A model generated the notes under the pieces. The model was not told the origin of the DNA and did no database searches. It worked only from the letters and a program-made list of their open reading frames with translations. A stretch of 59,642 nucleotides of DNA, filler included. It is 10 parts of 10 records of this genome, joined end to end, with 100 filler letters (N's around TTAATTAATTAA, not from the genome) between each part and the next. Parts side by side here need not be neighbours in the genome. Positions count along the whole stretch, not along the records: positions 30,257 to 36,719 come from SRR31156797_99640; positions 36,820 to 43,271 come from SRR31156797_99787; 8 more parts are not named here. One strand, given 5' to 3'. Shown here piece by piece: positions 31,294 through 41,394 of this stretch. The position numbers and the translations under genes are program-made. The number at the start of each line of letters is the position of its first letter. Positions within the stretch are counted from its first letter, which is position 1.

Positions 31294-31848
31294 ATGCATA
31301 CCAGGGATAGTGGCAGGGTTCACGAAAAATTGGTCAAGCGGCTGGAGCGCCAGGAAAAACAGCTTGCTTATCAGCAGGGAAGGTTTTTTCGGTATAAACT
31401 GGTTGAAATCCATGGAAAGCTGATGCAAGTGCTGTTGCAGGAAGAAATCATAGAAACAGACAATGCAGCGGCCGTTTCGAGCGCCCTGATGAAGGGTGTA
31501 AAAAAAGCAGCGAACAGTACGGAGTTTGATTTCACATATTTCATTTCACCCATCCGCACGTTGGTTTCCCGTCCAAACCCCTACTCTCTTTACATGACAC
31601 AGTATCTTATGGAAGTGCTTATCAATGATCCCTCGGTCATTGAAATCTATGGGACCGATGAGGAAATATACCATGTGATTAACAGGGTTATCAGCCAGAG
31701 CAGTATCCAGTTCGATGAGATGGAGCGGGAGATTGATGCACAGCTGGCGCGCAACCGGAAACTGGTGCCGGGTTCCGCCGCTTATCAGGTGGCAAAGGAT
31801 GAGATGTTCAGAAAAAAAGTGGGAGACCCCAAGAGCGAAACCCGCTAA
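31294..31848 (+). CDS. hypothetical protein (DUF507-like C-terminal region)
   Basis: 184 aa helical ORF in operon-like spacing; IEIYGTDEEIY, PGSAAY motifs. Confidence 0.65.
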   Translation: MHTRDSGRVHEKLVKRLERQEKQLAYQQGRFFRYKLVEIHGKLMQVLLQEEIIETDNAAAVSSALMKGVKKAANSTEFDFTYFISPIRTLVSRPNPYSLYMTQYLMEVLINDPSVIEIYGTDEEIYHVINRVISQSSIQFDEMEREIDAQLARNRKLVPGSAAYQVAKDEMFRKKVGDPKSETR

Positions 31849-31863
31849 TGACAGGAGTTTTTC

Positions 31864-32805
31864 ATGGGCCATAAGATAGCATTTCTATTTCCGGGGCAGG
31901 GGTCGCAGTTTGTGGGCATGGGGCAGGCGCTGGCGGAACAATTTCCCGGGGTCGGGCATATTTTCAGGGAAACGGACCGGATCTGTGGAAAACCCATCAC
32001 CCATCTTTCTTTTGAAGGGCCCATGTCGGAATTGACCCTTACGGAGAATTGTCAGCCGGCCATTACGGCCGTCAGTCTGGCCTCCCTTTCCGTGCTGAAT
32101 GAATCTGGCGTGAAACCAAGTGTTTCCGCGGGACACAGCGTGGGAGAATGTGCTGCAATGGTTTCAGCGGGTATCCTCAGTGAAAGCGATGCCCTTAGAG
32201 TGGTGCACAAAAGGGGTGTGTTGATGCATCGGGAAGCCCTGGCCAATCCCGGTCACATGGCGGCTGTGATCGGTCTGGATATGGAAGCGGTCCTGGAGAT
32301 TGTGGCGGAAGCAAAGAATGGTGGGATCCTCGATGTTGCCAACCACAACACGGCCCAACAGATCGTCATCACAGGCCAAAAAGATCCCGTGGCACGGGCG
32401 GTCAAAATGGCCAAAGAGAAAAAGGGGAAGGCCATCCCCCTGAAGGTCAGCGGCGCCTGGCATTCGGGACTCATGCGGGGTGGCGTGGATGAATTCAGGG
32501 CGTTCATGGAAGATATCCCCTTTTCCCCCCCCCGGTCGGATATGATTTTTAATGCCACGGCCCGATGTGAAACCGATCCCGAGCGTATCAAGGATATCAT
32601 GGCCAACCAGTTGGTGAGCCCGGTGAAATGGTACGATATCATGCGAAAGATGCTGGATGACGGCGTGGATACCTTCGTGGAGGTGGGTCCCAAAAAAGTA
32701 CTGGCCGGGTTGCTCAAGAAAATCGCCTCCCCCGATGATGCCATAAACGTGTTCACGGTCCAGGACCCCAAGGGCCTGGAAAGCGTTCTGGAAAAGATCT
32801 CCTGA
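31864..32805 (+). CDS. fabD: malonyl-CoA:ACP transacylase
   Basis: FPGQGSQ, GHSVGE catalytic motif, VSGAWHS, FVEVGP. Confidence 0.93.
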   Translation: MGHKIAFLFPGQGSQFVGMGQALAEQFPGVGHIFRETDRICGKPITHLSFEGPMSELTLTENCQPAITAVSLASLSVLNESGVKPSVSAGHSVGECAAMVSAGILSESDALRVVHKRGVLMHREALANPGHMAAVIGLDMEAVLEIVAEAKNGGILDVANHNTAQQIVITGQKDPVARAVKMAKEKKGKAIPLKVSGAWHSGLMRGGVDEFRAFMEDIPFSPPRSDMIFNATARCETDPERIKDIMANQLVSPVKWYDIMRKMLDDGVDTFVEVGPKKVLAGLLKKIASPDDAINVFTVQDPKGLESVLEKIS

Positions 32806-32838
32806 AGCCTTTCATCTGCTGCTCCCAAAGCTCAGTAA

Positions 32839-32892
32839 GGTGCAGTCTCAGCCATTCGTAAATGGCTGGAAAGCCAAGGGGTTACACCATGA
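32839..32892 (+). pseudogene. hicA: 3' remnant of a HicA toxin gene
   Basis: GAVSAIRKWLESQGVTP-TGA resembles HicA C-termini; ATGA overlap with hicB; in-frame TAA immediately upstream, no start. Confidence 0.65.
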
Positions 32893-33224
32893 ATATCATG
32901 ACGGTGGAAGGGCGTAAGGCCAAAATAGAATATGATCCCGAGATCGACATGTTTCGGGGTGAAATTCTTGGGCTCAACGGCGGGGCTGATTTCTTTGGTA
33001 AAACACCGGATGAGTTGCGCTTAGAGTTCAAAAAATCATTGAAGGTATTTCTTGATGTTTGTAAGGAAAAAGGTGTCGAACCCTATAAAAAATATTCCGG
33101 GAAATTCAACCTTCGCATTCCTTCTGAATTGCACGCTGAAATAGCGTCGAGAGCTTCAGCAGACGGCAAGAGCCTGAACCAATGGGTTGTTGAAACCTTA
33201 GATCAAATTGTTCATGGTCTTTAG
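32889..33224 (+). CDS. hicB: HicB family antitoxin (RHH C-terminus)
   Basis: MNIMTVEGRKAKIEYDPEIDMFRGEILGLNGGADF, YSGKFNLRIPSELH, SLNQWV. Confidence 0.9.
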   Translation: MNIMTVEGRKAKIEYDPEIDMFRGEILGLNGGADFFGKTPDELRLEFKKSLKVFLDVCKEKGVEPYKKYSGKFNLRIPSELHAEIASRASADGKSLNQWVVETLDQIVHGL

Positions 33225-33244
33225 AAAGAACTCTCGTAATCCCA

Positions 33245-33619
33245 CTATTCCGTAATCCCGGGACATTCCCTGATGACTTGATCCTTGTGTTTCCTGAAAT
33301 GATCCCAGAAAGGGAACTGGCGGCATTGAAGGGGTCTGGCGGCATAGATTGAACATCTTTTTGGAGGGTTTTCCAGAAAGATACATTCAAAATCGCGTCC
33401 ATTATGCCGCTCCTTGATGGATAATCCGTTGTCCACTCGGTTGAGATATGTTTGGATGAAGTCGATGGAATTGATATTTAAAAAACTGCGGATCTGAAAA
33501 ATTTCCTGTTGGTTTACCCAGACACGGCCCGCTTCCCCTCGGCAGCATCGGCTCGGGCAGTCTGTGCAAGCCTCGGGGTCGAAGCCGAAATCAAACCCTT
33601 CCCTTCGGATGATGCTCAT
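33245..33619 (-). CDS. YkgJ family cysteine-cluster protein
   Basis: CTDCPSRCC, CIFL..CSIYAARPLQCRQFPFW, ECPG. Confidence 0.88.
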   Translation of the reverse strand: MSIIRREGFDFGFDPEACTDCPSRCCRGEAGRVWVNQQEIFQIRSFLNINSIDFIQTYLNRVDNGLSIKERHNGRDFECIFLENPPKRCSIYAARPLQCRQFPFWDHFRKHKDQVIRECPGITE

Positions 33620-34149
33620 GCCCGCATCTCTTTTTTTCGTTTCTTTTCATGCTCAAGCAGATACCGCTTAACATCCAGTCCGCTGCCGAAACCGCCGAGT
33701 CCCCCGGCGGCAAGAACCCGGTGTCACGGAAAGATCAGCGGCAGGGGATTCCTCCCCATGGCCTGCCCCACGGCCCGGGCCCCTTTTGGGTTCCCCGCCA
33801 TGGCCGCCACCTGAGAGTAGGTCCTGGTTTCTCCGAAAGGGATCTTGGCGATGGCTTTCAAGGCCGACCATTGAAAGGGGGTGCAGGCGATATCCAGGGC
33901 CGGACCTTCTTGAAATTCCCCATTGGAAAAGGCCGCTTCAACGGCCCGTTGAAGGGACCGGTTGGCACCGCGATCTTCCCGCAATTCCGAATTGGGATAT
34001 AGTCCTTTAAAAAAGCCCCTTGCATCGAGGTTTGAATCCAAGCGGATTCCGATGCGAAGCGCCCCTTTTTCCGTTGAAGCCATGTGAACATAGAGCCGGT
34101 CCAGTTTTATGCCCCAGCAGTAGATTTCGGGTATAGACGCCCCTGCCAT
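33616..34149 (-). CDS. ogt: O6-alkylguanine-DNA alkyltransferase with selenocysteine (UGA 33724-33726) at the catalytic position
   Basis: TPFQ..[66 protein letters not shown] RBS; true stop overlaps the next ATG (ATGA 33616-33619). Confidence 0.85.
33691..33711 (-). promoter_or_regulatory. bacterial SECIS-like hairpin
   Basis: GCCGCCGGG-GGA-CUCGGCGGU 9-bp stem with G-starting apical loop, beginning 12 nt after the in-frame UGA. Confidence 0.65.
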
Positions 34150-35036
34150 GTCTCCCTCCTTTCAAGGGTCTCCTGAATGGTCTTGAGGTTCTCCATTTTT
34201 TGAGCTGCCCAGTCCGGGGCCAAAAGATCGGATTTTCCGGGATCCCCGGTGAGCCGTTGAATCACCATGTCAGGGGGGAGAAGTTCCAGAAAGTCCGCCA
34301 CCAGGTTCGCATATTCATCCCTTTTAAGACAGCGGAATGCCCCTTTCTCATAAAGTCGGGCCAAAGGGGTTCCGCGAATCACGTAAAGGAGATGGATCTT
34401 GACGCCGTGGATGGGCAATTTTGATATGAACCGGGCCGTTTCCAGCATCATGGGGCGGTCTTCACCGGGAAGCCCCAGAATTATGTGAGCGCAGATATTG
34501 AGGCCGAAGCCGTGGGTCAGACGAGCCGCCCGTTCAAAACAGGCGACGGAATGCCCCCGGTTGATGGTTTGAAGGGTTTTGTCGTGGGCCGACTGCAGAC
34601 CGTACTCCATCCAGACCAGATAGTCCTTCCTGTAAGCGCTGATCACTTCAAGGATCTCCTCGTTGACGCAATCGGGCCGGGTGCCCACCGAGAGACCCAC
34701 CATGTCGGGATGGCTTAAGGCTTCATGGTAGAGATCCCTTAAGTGGGGAACCGGCGCGTAGGTGTTGGTGAAGGATTGAAAATAGGCGATGAATTTTCGG
34801 GCCTTATACCGTTTGCGGATGAACCTTTCGGCATCGGCGATCTGCCGGGAGATGGATTCCCGACCTTCCGTAAAAGCGCCGGTGCCCGATCCGCGCCCGT
34901 CGCAGAAGATGCATCCGCCCCTGGAAACGGTTCCGTCGCGATTGGGGCACCCGAGTCCCGCATCCAGTGAAATGCGCTGCACCCGTTCGCCGAATTGTTC
35001 CCTGAGGTAGGTGTTAAAATCCCGATATCTTTTCAA
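34107..35036 (-). CDS. TIGR01212/YhcC-family radical SAM protein
   Basis: CPNRDG..GCIFC, AYFQSFTNTY, GTRPDC, EYGLQS, HIILGLPGE, IQRLTGD. Confidence 0.9.
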   Translation of the reverse strand: MKRYRDFNTYLREQFGERVQRISLDAGLGCPNRDGTVSRGGCIFCDGRGSGTGAFTEGRESISRQIADAERFIRKRYKARKFIAYFQSFTNTYAPVPHLRDLYHEALSHPDMVGLSVGTRPDCVNEEILEVISAYRKDYLVWMEYGLQSAHDKTLQTINRGHSVACFERAARLTHGFGLNICAHIILGLPGEDRPMMLETARFISKLPIHGVKIHLLYVIRGTPLARLYEKGAFRCLKRDEYANLVADFLELLPPDMVIQRLTGDPGKSDLLAPDWAAQKMENLKTIQETLERRETWQGRLYPKSTAGA

Positions 35037-35280
35037 GAGGATTCCTTTCTCTACAGGGGGCAGTTGTCAGTGTTCAGTTATCAGGGGCAGAAAATCAGCC
35101 CTGCCCCCTGATAACTGCACCCTTTGATCATGATATGAGATGAATGCAGCCTTGAGCAAGTGCTTTTCCATCCCATTATGTTTTTTATGGGTCATATTTT
35201 GATTGACTTACAGTAAAACTTTCAGTATTCATACCCTTGCGTCATGAGGTAAACAGTTTTTGGCAAAGGAGCGGTGACCC

Positions 35281-35886
35281 ATGAAATTGACGGACAGGCA
35301 AAAGCAGGTTTTAAGCTATATTTCCAGCTATATGGATGAATGGGGGAAGGCGCCGTCCTTTGATGAAATCCGTTCCCATTTTGGATTTGCGTCTTACAAT
35401 ACCGTGTCCACCCATCTCAATGCCCTGGAAAAAAAGGGGTATATCCGCCGGCCGAAAGAAAAAAATAAAAAGCGCGCCATCGAAATTATCAGCCCCGTGG
35501 AGACCCGACGATTTGAATGGCCCCTGCTGGGCCGGGTGGCGGCAGGTTCACCCATTGAAGCCATCGAGGATCCGGACGTGGTGGAGGTGCCGCCTTCCAT
35601 GGCCAATGAGGGAGATTGTTTCGTTCTTCAGGTGAAGGGAGTCTCCATGGAGGAAGCCGGCATTTTGGACGGCGACTTTGTGGTGGTGCGGAAACAGGCC
35701 ACGGCAAAGAACGGAGAGATCGTGGTGGCTTTGGTGGACAACGGGGCCACGGTGAAACGGTATTACCGGAAAAAAGATCATGTGGAACTTCGGCCGTCCC
35801 ATGGGGAGATGCCGTCCATCCGTGTTCGGGATGAAAATTTTTGCATCGAAGGAAAAGTCGTGGGGGTCATGAGGTACTATCGGTGA
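35281..35886 (+). CDS. lexA: SOS repressor LexA
   Basis: N-terminal wHTH, GRVAAG cleavage site, GVSM (Ser), TVKR (Lys). Confidence 0.93.
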   Translation: MKLTDRQKQVLSYISSYMDEWGKAPSFDEIRSHFGFASYNTVSTHLNALEKKGYIRRPKEKNKKRAIEIISPVETRRFEWPLLGRVAAGSPIEAIEDPDVVEVPPSMANEGDCFVLQVKGVSMEEAGILDGDFVVVRKQATAKNGEIVVALVDNGATVKRYYRKKDHVELRPSHGEMPSIRVRDENFCIEGKVVGVMRYYR

Positions 35887-36719
35887 CGAGGTTCTCCAAT
35901 CATCGCAGCATTATTCATCTTCATATCGCGGCCCTTCCCATTGCCGTGGCCCGGGTTTCCCGGGCCACGCTCCGGAACCGCCCCGTGGCCGTGGCACCGC
36001 TTCAGTCGGATCGGCCGGTACTGCTGTCCGTTTCCGGTGAAGCCCGGCGTGAAGGGGTTTTTAAGGGGATGCCCCTAAAAAAGGCCGTGAAAAGATGCCC
36101 GGGGCTCAAGGTCCTCCCCCCGGATCCCGAGGCTTCGGAGAAAGCCTGCCGGCATCTGGCCCGGGTGGCGGCCCGGTACACGCCGATCTGGGAACCGTCG
36201 CGGCCGGGACATCTATACCTGGATCTCACCGGTGCTGAGCGGCTGTGGGGACCGGTTCATGATGCGGCCCGGCGTTTTCAAAAAGAGGTCCGGGATCATT
36301 TGGGTTTGTCCGGAACCCTCGGCGTCGCCGCCAACAAGCTGGTTTCCAATGTGGCTTCCCGTCTCCTGCCGCCGGGAAGGGTGGGGATGTTCAATGTGGC
36401 ATATGGCCGGGAAGCCGATTTTATGGCCCCCTTACGGGTGGATGTGGTTCCCGGCATCGGGCGTGTGCGTCAAAAGACCCTTTTGGAAGACCTCAATATT
36501 ACCCGTGTCGGAGAGTTGGCGGCCATGGATGTGGGTCGCCTGAAATTACTTTTCGGCCGCAGGGCTCCCCTGATCCATCAATACTCCCTGGGGATTGATG
36601 CGACCCCGGTATATGCACGGGCCAAAAAACCCATGGTGAGCGAATCAGCCATGCTGCCCCAAGGGGAAAATGATGATGGAAAGCTTCTGAAAACGTTCTG
36701 GCGTCTGGTGGAGACCTGT
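35883..36719 (+). CDS. Y-family polymerase homolog (ImuB/DinB-like, catalytic acidic residues absent), 3' truncated
   Basis: GTGA overlap with lexA; EARREGVFKGMP, GVAANKLVS, PGIG; IIHLHIAAL and SRPGHLYLD replace HxDMDAF and SIDEAxLD. Confidence 0.8.
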
Positions 36720-36819
36720 NNNNNNNNNNNNNNNNNNNNNNNNNNNNNNNNNNNNNNNNNNNNTTAATTAATTAANNNNNNNNNNNNNNNNNNNNNNNNN
36801 NNNNNNNNNNNNNNNNNNN
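36720..36819. other. artificial contig linker
   Basis: N-run/TTAATTAATTAA/N-run. Confidence 0.97.
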
Positions 36820-38087
36820 TCCCGGACATTGCCGGGCCAGGAATACCGCAGGAGTGTCTCCAGGGCATGGGGGCCCAGGGAGGGGCGAAGGTGCAGGCCC
36901 ATGCGTTTCCTGGCCGCCTCTATGAAATGGGAAATCAGGGCGTAGATATCCTGCTTTCGCTCCCTGAGGGGCGGCACATGGATGGGGAACACATAGACCC
37001 GGTAATAGAGGTCTTCACGGAAACTGCCGTCCTTGAGCATCTGCTCCAGGTTTCTGTGGGTGGCGGTAATGATGCGTACGTCAACGGAGATCGATTCCTT
37101 TCCCCCCAATCGTTCCACCACGCCGTTTTGCAGGACCCGCAACAGTCTCACCTGGGCCTGGTGGGTGAGTTCCCCCACCTCATCCAGAAACAGGGTCCCG
37201 CCGTTTGCCTGCTCGAATTTACCGGGCCTGGCCTCCACTGCTCCGGTAAATGCCCCCTTCTCATACCCGAACAATTCGCTGTCCATGAGGCTGTCCGGAA
37301 TGGCGCCGCAGTTGACCTTCACAAAGGGCGCGTCCCGTCTCGGGGAGATGCGCCGGACCATATCCGCGATCAGTTCCTTTCCCGTGCCGGTTTCTCCCCG
37401 GATAAGCACGGGGACCTCCTTGCCTTCTAAGCTCCTGATGATTTCCATGGTGCGGCCCAGTCCGTCCAGGGAGCCCACCATTTTGCTGTCCTGTATGAAA
37501 TCGATGGTTTTTTCCAGCCGGTGTTTCTCTTCATTGAGTTTTTTTTGAAAATCAAGCACCCGCCGAAACTTCAGCATATTGGACATGGCCAGGGCAAAGG
37601 GGGTGAGAAGCAGGCGCATCTTCCGTTCATGTTCCGGTGTAAAGCAGTTCTCCTCTTTCCCGATGAAGCCCAGGTGCCCCACCGTTTCGTTGCCCGAGCG
37701 GAGAATCCCCACCAGGTAGGACCGGGACCTGTCCGGCAGCAGGTGGGACAGGCCCTGGGCGTGTTTGCTCGAAACCCCGTCGATGCTGGTTTTTGAGGCA
37801 AGGATAATATCCCTGCCTTTTTCGTGCTGGAGCATCAGGGCCCCCTCCTGGGGGGAAAGTTTTACCAGGCTCTCCACATGATCGAACCGGCCTTCCTGCA
37901 CCAGGAAGAGCAGTTTCAGGGATTTCAGCCTGTCCGAATACTGGTGGAGGGAGATTCCCTCAAGGGGAAAATGGGCAGCCAGATGGCTGAATACCGACAC
38001 CATGTTTTTGGCAAGATCCAGGCTTGCGGAAAGGTGGGCGACGGTTTCCTGGAAAAAATGCAGGTCATTGCCGGTTGTGGTGGTCAT
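36820..38087 (-). CDS. GAF-type sigma54-dependent activator, 3' truncated
   Basis: GETGTGKE, GAFTGA, LFLDEVGE, WPGNVR; divergent from the rdh operon. Confidence 0.9.
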
Positions 38088-38220
38088 GGTCGGTCTCCAA
38101 GGTTGTCAAATGTAGTGGATAGTTGCCTTATTTGGTTAAATATATCATTTAATCGCTGTATTTGACAATGAGTGAAATGGTTGTTGTTCGGAAGCTGCTG
38201 AAAATAAAGGGAAAAATATT

Positions 38221-38237
38221 TTGGCACGGCTGTTGCT
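38221..38237 (+). promoter_or_regulatory. sigma54 (-24/-12) promoter
   Basis: TTGGCACGGCTGTTGCT, consensus match. Confidence 0.9.
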
Positions 38238-38280
38238 TTAGGAACCTCCGAGTCATTGAAATTTACACAAAGGATGGACC

Positions 38281-39195
38281 ATGCATAGCAAAGCGATACA
38301 AACCGGGCAGGGGCCGGAAGAGGCCCTTGAAAGAACTATTGGGCAATTCAAGCGGAAGGGCGATTTTGCCGGGCTTGTCACATTTCTCCGGGAGCGGGTG
38401 GAGGCGTTTACCCGTGCCGGGGACTCGCCGGTCCTGCTTGCCAGGTTGAACAATGAACTGGGGGTGTCCCTGCTGGAGCTGGAGGAACTGGAAGAGGCCC
38501 TTAAGTGCCTGGATAAGGCCGAAGCCCTGGACCCGGAGAACCTGAACGCGGCATACAACCGCGCCAACTTTTCCCTGTACCATAAGGATCTGGAAGACGC
38601 CCTGGTGCGCTACGGACGGATCCTTGAGAAGGATGACGGCCATGTGGGGGCCACGTATAACGCGGCCCTGTGCCATGCCCTGAGGGGGCGTGTCAAGGAG
38701 GCCCTTCCGCTGTTTGAGCGGGTGACGGTCCTGGAACCGGGGTATGCCGGGGCCCATTTCTGGGCCGGGGAGTGCCTTATGGACCAGGGAAAGCCGGAGG
38801 ACGCACTCGTTTATTTCCAGGGGGCGGCGGCCCTTAACCCGGATCACCCGGACTCGGTGCGGGGGCTTGCCATCTGCCTGTTCCATGGGGGGGAGTTTGA
38901 GGAAGCCATGGGGCGATGTGACCAGTTGCTTGCTCGGTCCGGACCGGAACTTGTGGCCCTGCGGGTGAAGGGTGACTGCCTGCTGGCATTGAACCGTCCC
39001 GAAGAGGCCGCCGGGTGTCACATCCACATGGCCGTCATTGATTTCGATGCCCGGGAATATGTGATGAACCGCGCCAGGTTCCTTGGGGAGGCGGAACCGG
39101 AAAAGGCCCCGGCCTACATCAAGGCCGTTCTGGCCCATTTCCCGGAATTTGAACCCTCCCTGGGAGAATATTGCAGTTCCCTTCATGTGAATTGA
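38281..39195 (+). CDS. tetratricopeptide repeat protein
   Basis: multiple 34-aa TPR units (A..LDPEN..AAYNRA; LEPGYAGAHFWAG; LNPDHPDSVRGLA). Confidence 0.85.
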   Translation: MHSKAIQTGQGPEEALERTIGQFKRKGDFAGLVTFLRERVEAFTRAGDSPVLLARLNNELGVSLLELEELEEALKCLDKAEALDPENLNAAYNRANFSLYHKDLEDALVRYGRILEKDDGHVGATYNAALCHALRGRVKEALPLFERVTVLEPGYAGAHFWAGECLMDQGKPEDALVYFQGAAALNPDHPDSVRGLAICLFHGGEFEEAMGRCDQLLARSGPELVALRVKGDCLLALNRPEEAAGCHIHMAVIDFDAREYVMNRARFLGEAEPEKAPAYIKAVLAHFPEFEPSLGEYCSSLHVN

Positions 39196-39278
39196 ACCCG
39201 TTTCCCGTGCAGACATCCATGGGAAGATCTTCCCGTGGGGTGCATGGGGACGGATAGAATATAAGACTGTAAGGATAT

Positions 39279-40958
39279 GTGATTATGTCGAAAAAAAAAG
39301 ATGCTTTGGAGATCATCAACGATCCTGCCAATTTTACGTCCCGTACCGACCACCTGGCTTCACTGGACAAGGACCCGGACAGGGTCGGTGAACCGCCGCC
39401 CAAACCAGAAAAAAAAGGGTTGTCCCGCCGGGGCTTTTTGAAGATAGGCGGGGCCGCGGCCGCTGCCGCCACGGTTGGGGGCGCCGGCGCCGCCGGATTT
39501 GCCATCGGCCGCTCGGACGATGCCTATACCGGCTACAACCGGACCTACCAGGGCGGGGACATGTTTTTCAACCGTGAACCCTTCCGGGTGGACCTGCCGA
39601 CGTTTTTCAAGCCGGTGGGCAAGGTGGAGCGCCCCGACTGGACCGAGTTCCTGTTCCAGCGCAAGCATGTGATCATGGAGCTCATTCAAAAGGGGGAGTG
39701 GACCCCGGACATGGGGCTTGGGAACCTCCCAGGGCCCGTGGGCGACTACTATCGCAGCAGGCCCCGGCAGGATTATGACAATATGATGCTCTCCCTTGAA
39801 AATAGCGTCACCCGGGCGGAGGCCTGGCGCGCCGGAAAGCATAAGCGCTATGCCATTGCGGATGCCTACAACGCTTCCTTCAGGAGCACGGGCATGTACA
39901 ACCGCTACGGGTCCACCATTCCCGAGGAGCCCACGGAAAAGCACATGGAGACCGGCAAGCTCATTCCCCCGGAAGAGTGGGATTTTCGTCATATCTGGCG
40001 GAAGGAACCCATGGCCTTCAAATCCCCGAAACATGCGTCCAAACTGATCAAGCGCATGGCCCACATGTACGGCATGTCCCTGGTGGGGATCACCAAATTC
40101 GATTCCCGGTTCATGTTCAAGGGGCTCATGCGGGGCATGCCCCACCAGGGACACGACAGCTGGGGAGACAAGGTGCCCGGACACTGGAAGAGCATCATCG
40201 TGTTCGGCGTGCCCATGTACTGGGACAGCACCTATTCCGCCGTGGGATACTCCACCTCCTTTGACGCCTACTTCCGGTCCCGGTGTGCGTCAGGGCTTCT
40301 GGAGCGGTTTATCCAGGAGCTGGGATATCCCGCCCGGGCCCAGTTCCCCGGCCATCATTATGAGATCATGATGAGTCCCTTTGTGCAGCTGGCGGGGTTG
40401 GGGGAGTACAGCCGGGCAGGGGTGGTGATGGTGCCGGAACTGGGGGCCAACTTTCGGCCCGCCGCAGTGATCACCAACATCGAGTTTGAATATGACAAAC
40501 CCATCAGTGTGCGCATGGCGGATTTCTGCAAGAAGTGCAAGATCTGCGCGGAAACCTGTCCCTCCGGGGCGATTCCCAAGACCGATGAACCGGAGACGGT
40601 GATCCGGGGATTCAAGCGGTGGCGGCTGGATGAGGAAAAATGCCACCTCCAGTGGTGCAGCGGCCCCACCAGCGACGGACTGGGCTGCCGGGTGTGCATC
40701 GGTGTCTGTCCCTATTCCCGGAAGAACACCTGGATCCACGCGATCTCCCGGGAACTGGAACCCAGGGATCCGACCCACCTGGTGTCCACCGGGCTTCTGG
40801 CCATGCAGACCAATTTTTTCAAATACCCGGAAGCCGAGGAGTTCAAGTCGGATTGGGACGGCGGCAAGGAAGCCAACTATCATAAGGCGCCCTGGTGGAT
40901 GCGCAGCGACAATTTTTTCGAGATCGAGAAGACCTGGGAATACCACGGCATGGAGTAA
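39279..40958 (+). CDS. rdhA: reductive dehalogenase catalytic subunit (start 39279 or 39285)
   Basis: Tat motif SRRGFLK; SLVGIT, FIQELGYPARA, AGLGEYSRAG, CKKCKICAETCP and C..CRVCIGVCP Fe-S motifs. Confidence 0.92.
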   Translation: MIMSKKKDALEIINDPANFTSRTDHLASLDKDPDRVGEPPPKPEKKGLSRRGFLKIGGAAAAAATVGGAGAAGFAIGRSDDAYTGYNRTYQGGDMFFNREPFRVDLPTFFKPVGKVERPDWTEFLFQRKHVIMELIQKGEWTPDMGLGNLPGPVGDYYRSRPRQDYDNMMLSLENSVTRAEAWRAGKHKRYAIADAYNASFRSTGMYNRYGSTIPEEPTEKHMETGKLIPPEEWDFRHIWRKEPMAFKSPKHASKLIKRMAHMYGMSLVGITKFDSRFMFKGLMRGMPHQGHDSWGDKVPGHWKSIIVFGVPMYWDSTYSAVGYSTSFDAYFRSRCASGLLERFIQELGYPARAQFPGHHYEIMMSPFVQLAGLGEYSRAGVVMVPELGANFRPAAVITNIEFEYDKPISVRMADFCKKCKICAETCPSGAIPKTDEPETVIRGFKRWRLDEEKCHLQWCSGPTSDGLGCRVCIGVCPYSRKNTWIHAISRELEPRDPTHLVSTGLLAMQTNFFKYPEAEEFKSDWDGGKEANYHKAPWWMRSDNFFEIEKTWEYHGME

Positions 40959-41037
40959 CCCCCAAGGCGCATGTATCCTTGGCGATATGGACAACCATGA
41001 CTTTTGATAACGTCATATGCAAAATCAGGAGGAAAAG

Positions 41038-41352
41038 ATGTTTCCTGGAACAACAATGTTGAACTACCTGTTCTGGATGGCCATGGGGGCCATGCAGGTG
41101 ATCATCGTCCTGGCGGGCCGGGCCTGGCTGGAAGATACGGGCAGGAAGGTGCCCTGGTGGCAGCAGGCGCTCATGTACGGGTGCTTTTTGTCATTCACAG
41201 CCGTGGTGGCCGGCGGGTTTACCCTGGCCGGTGAGTTTGAAAGCCGTGCGGGCTTGTATTTTATCGGTTTCCTGGGGGTGCCCCACATCATTGCCGGGGC
41301 AGGGATGCTGAAGCTGTTCGTGTTCAAGAAGACAGCGGCGATCGAATCATGA
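41038..41352 (+). CDS. rdhB: membrane anchor of the reductive dehalogenase
   Basis: about 104 aa, 3 TM segments, GEFE motif, directly after rdhA; AGGAGG RBS. Confidence 0.75.
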   Translation: MFPGTTMLNYLFWMAMGAMQVIIVLAGRAWLEDTGRKVPWWQQALMYGCFLSFTAVVAGGFTLAGEFESRAGLYFIGFLGVPHIIAGAGMLKLFVFKKTAAIES

Positions 41353-41394
41353 AAAAAGCAAGCAAAGATAACCCCACGAAGGAGCTTGATTTAA

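Noticed and set aside
35052-35120. CAGGGG(G)CAG repeats and hairpin upstream of the radical SAM gene as a mobile-element end
   Set aside because: Short local hairpin, no transposase or target-site duplication, single occurrence
38263-40994. Long antisense ORFs (38263-39216, 39360-40184, 40290-40994) and similar shadows elsewhere
   Set aside because: Shadow frames of GC-rich genes with no recognisable motifs
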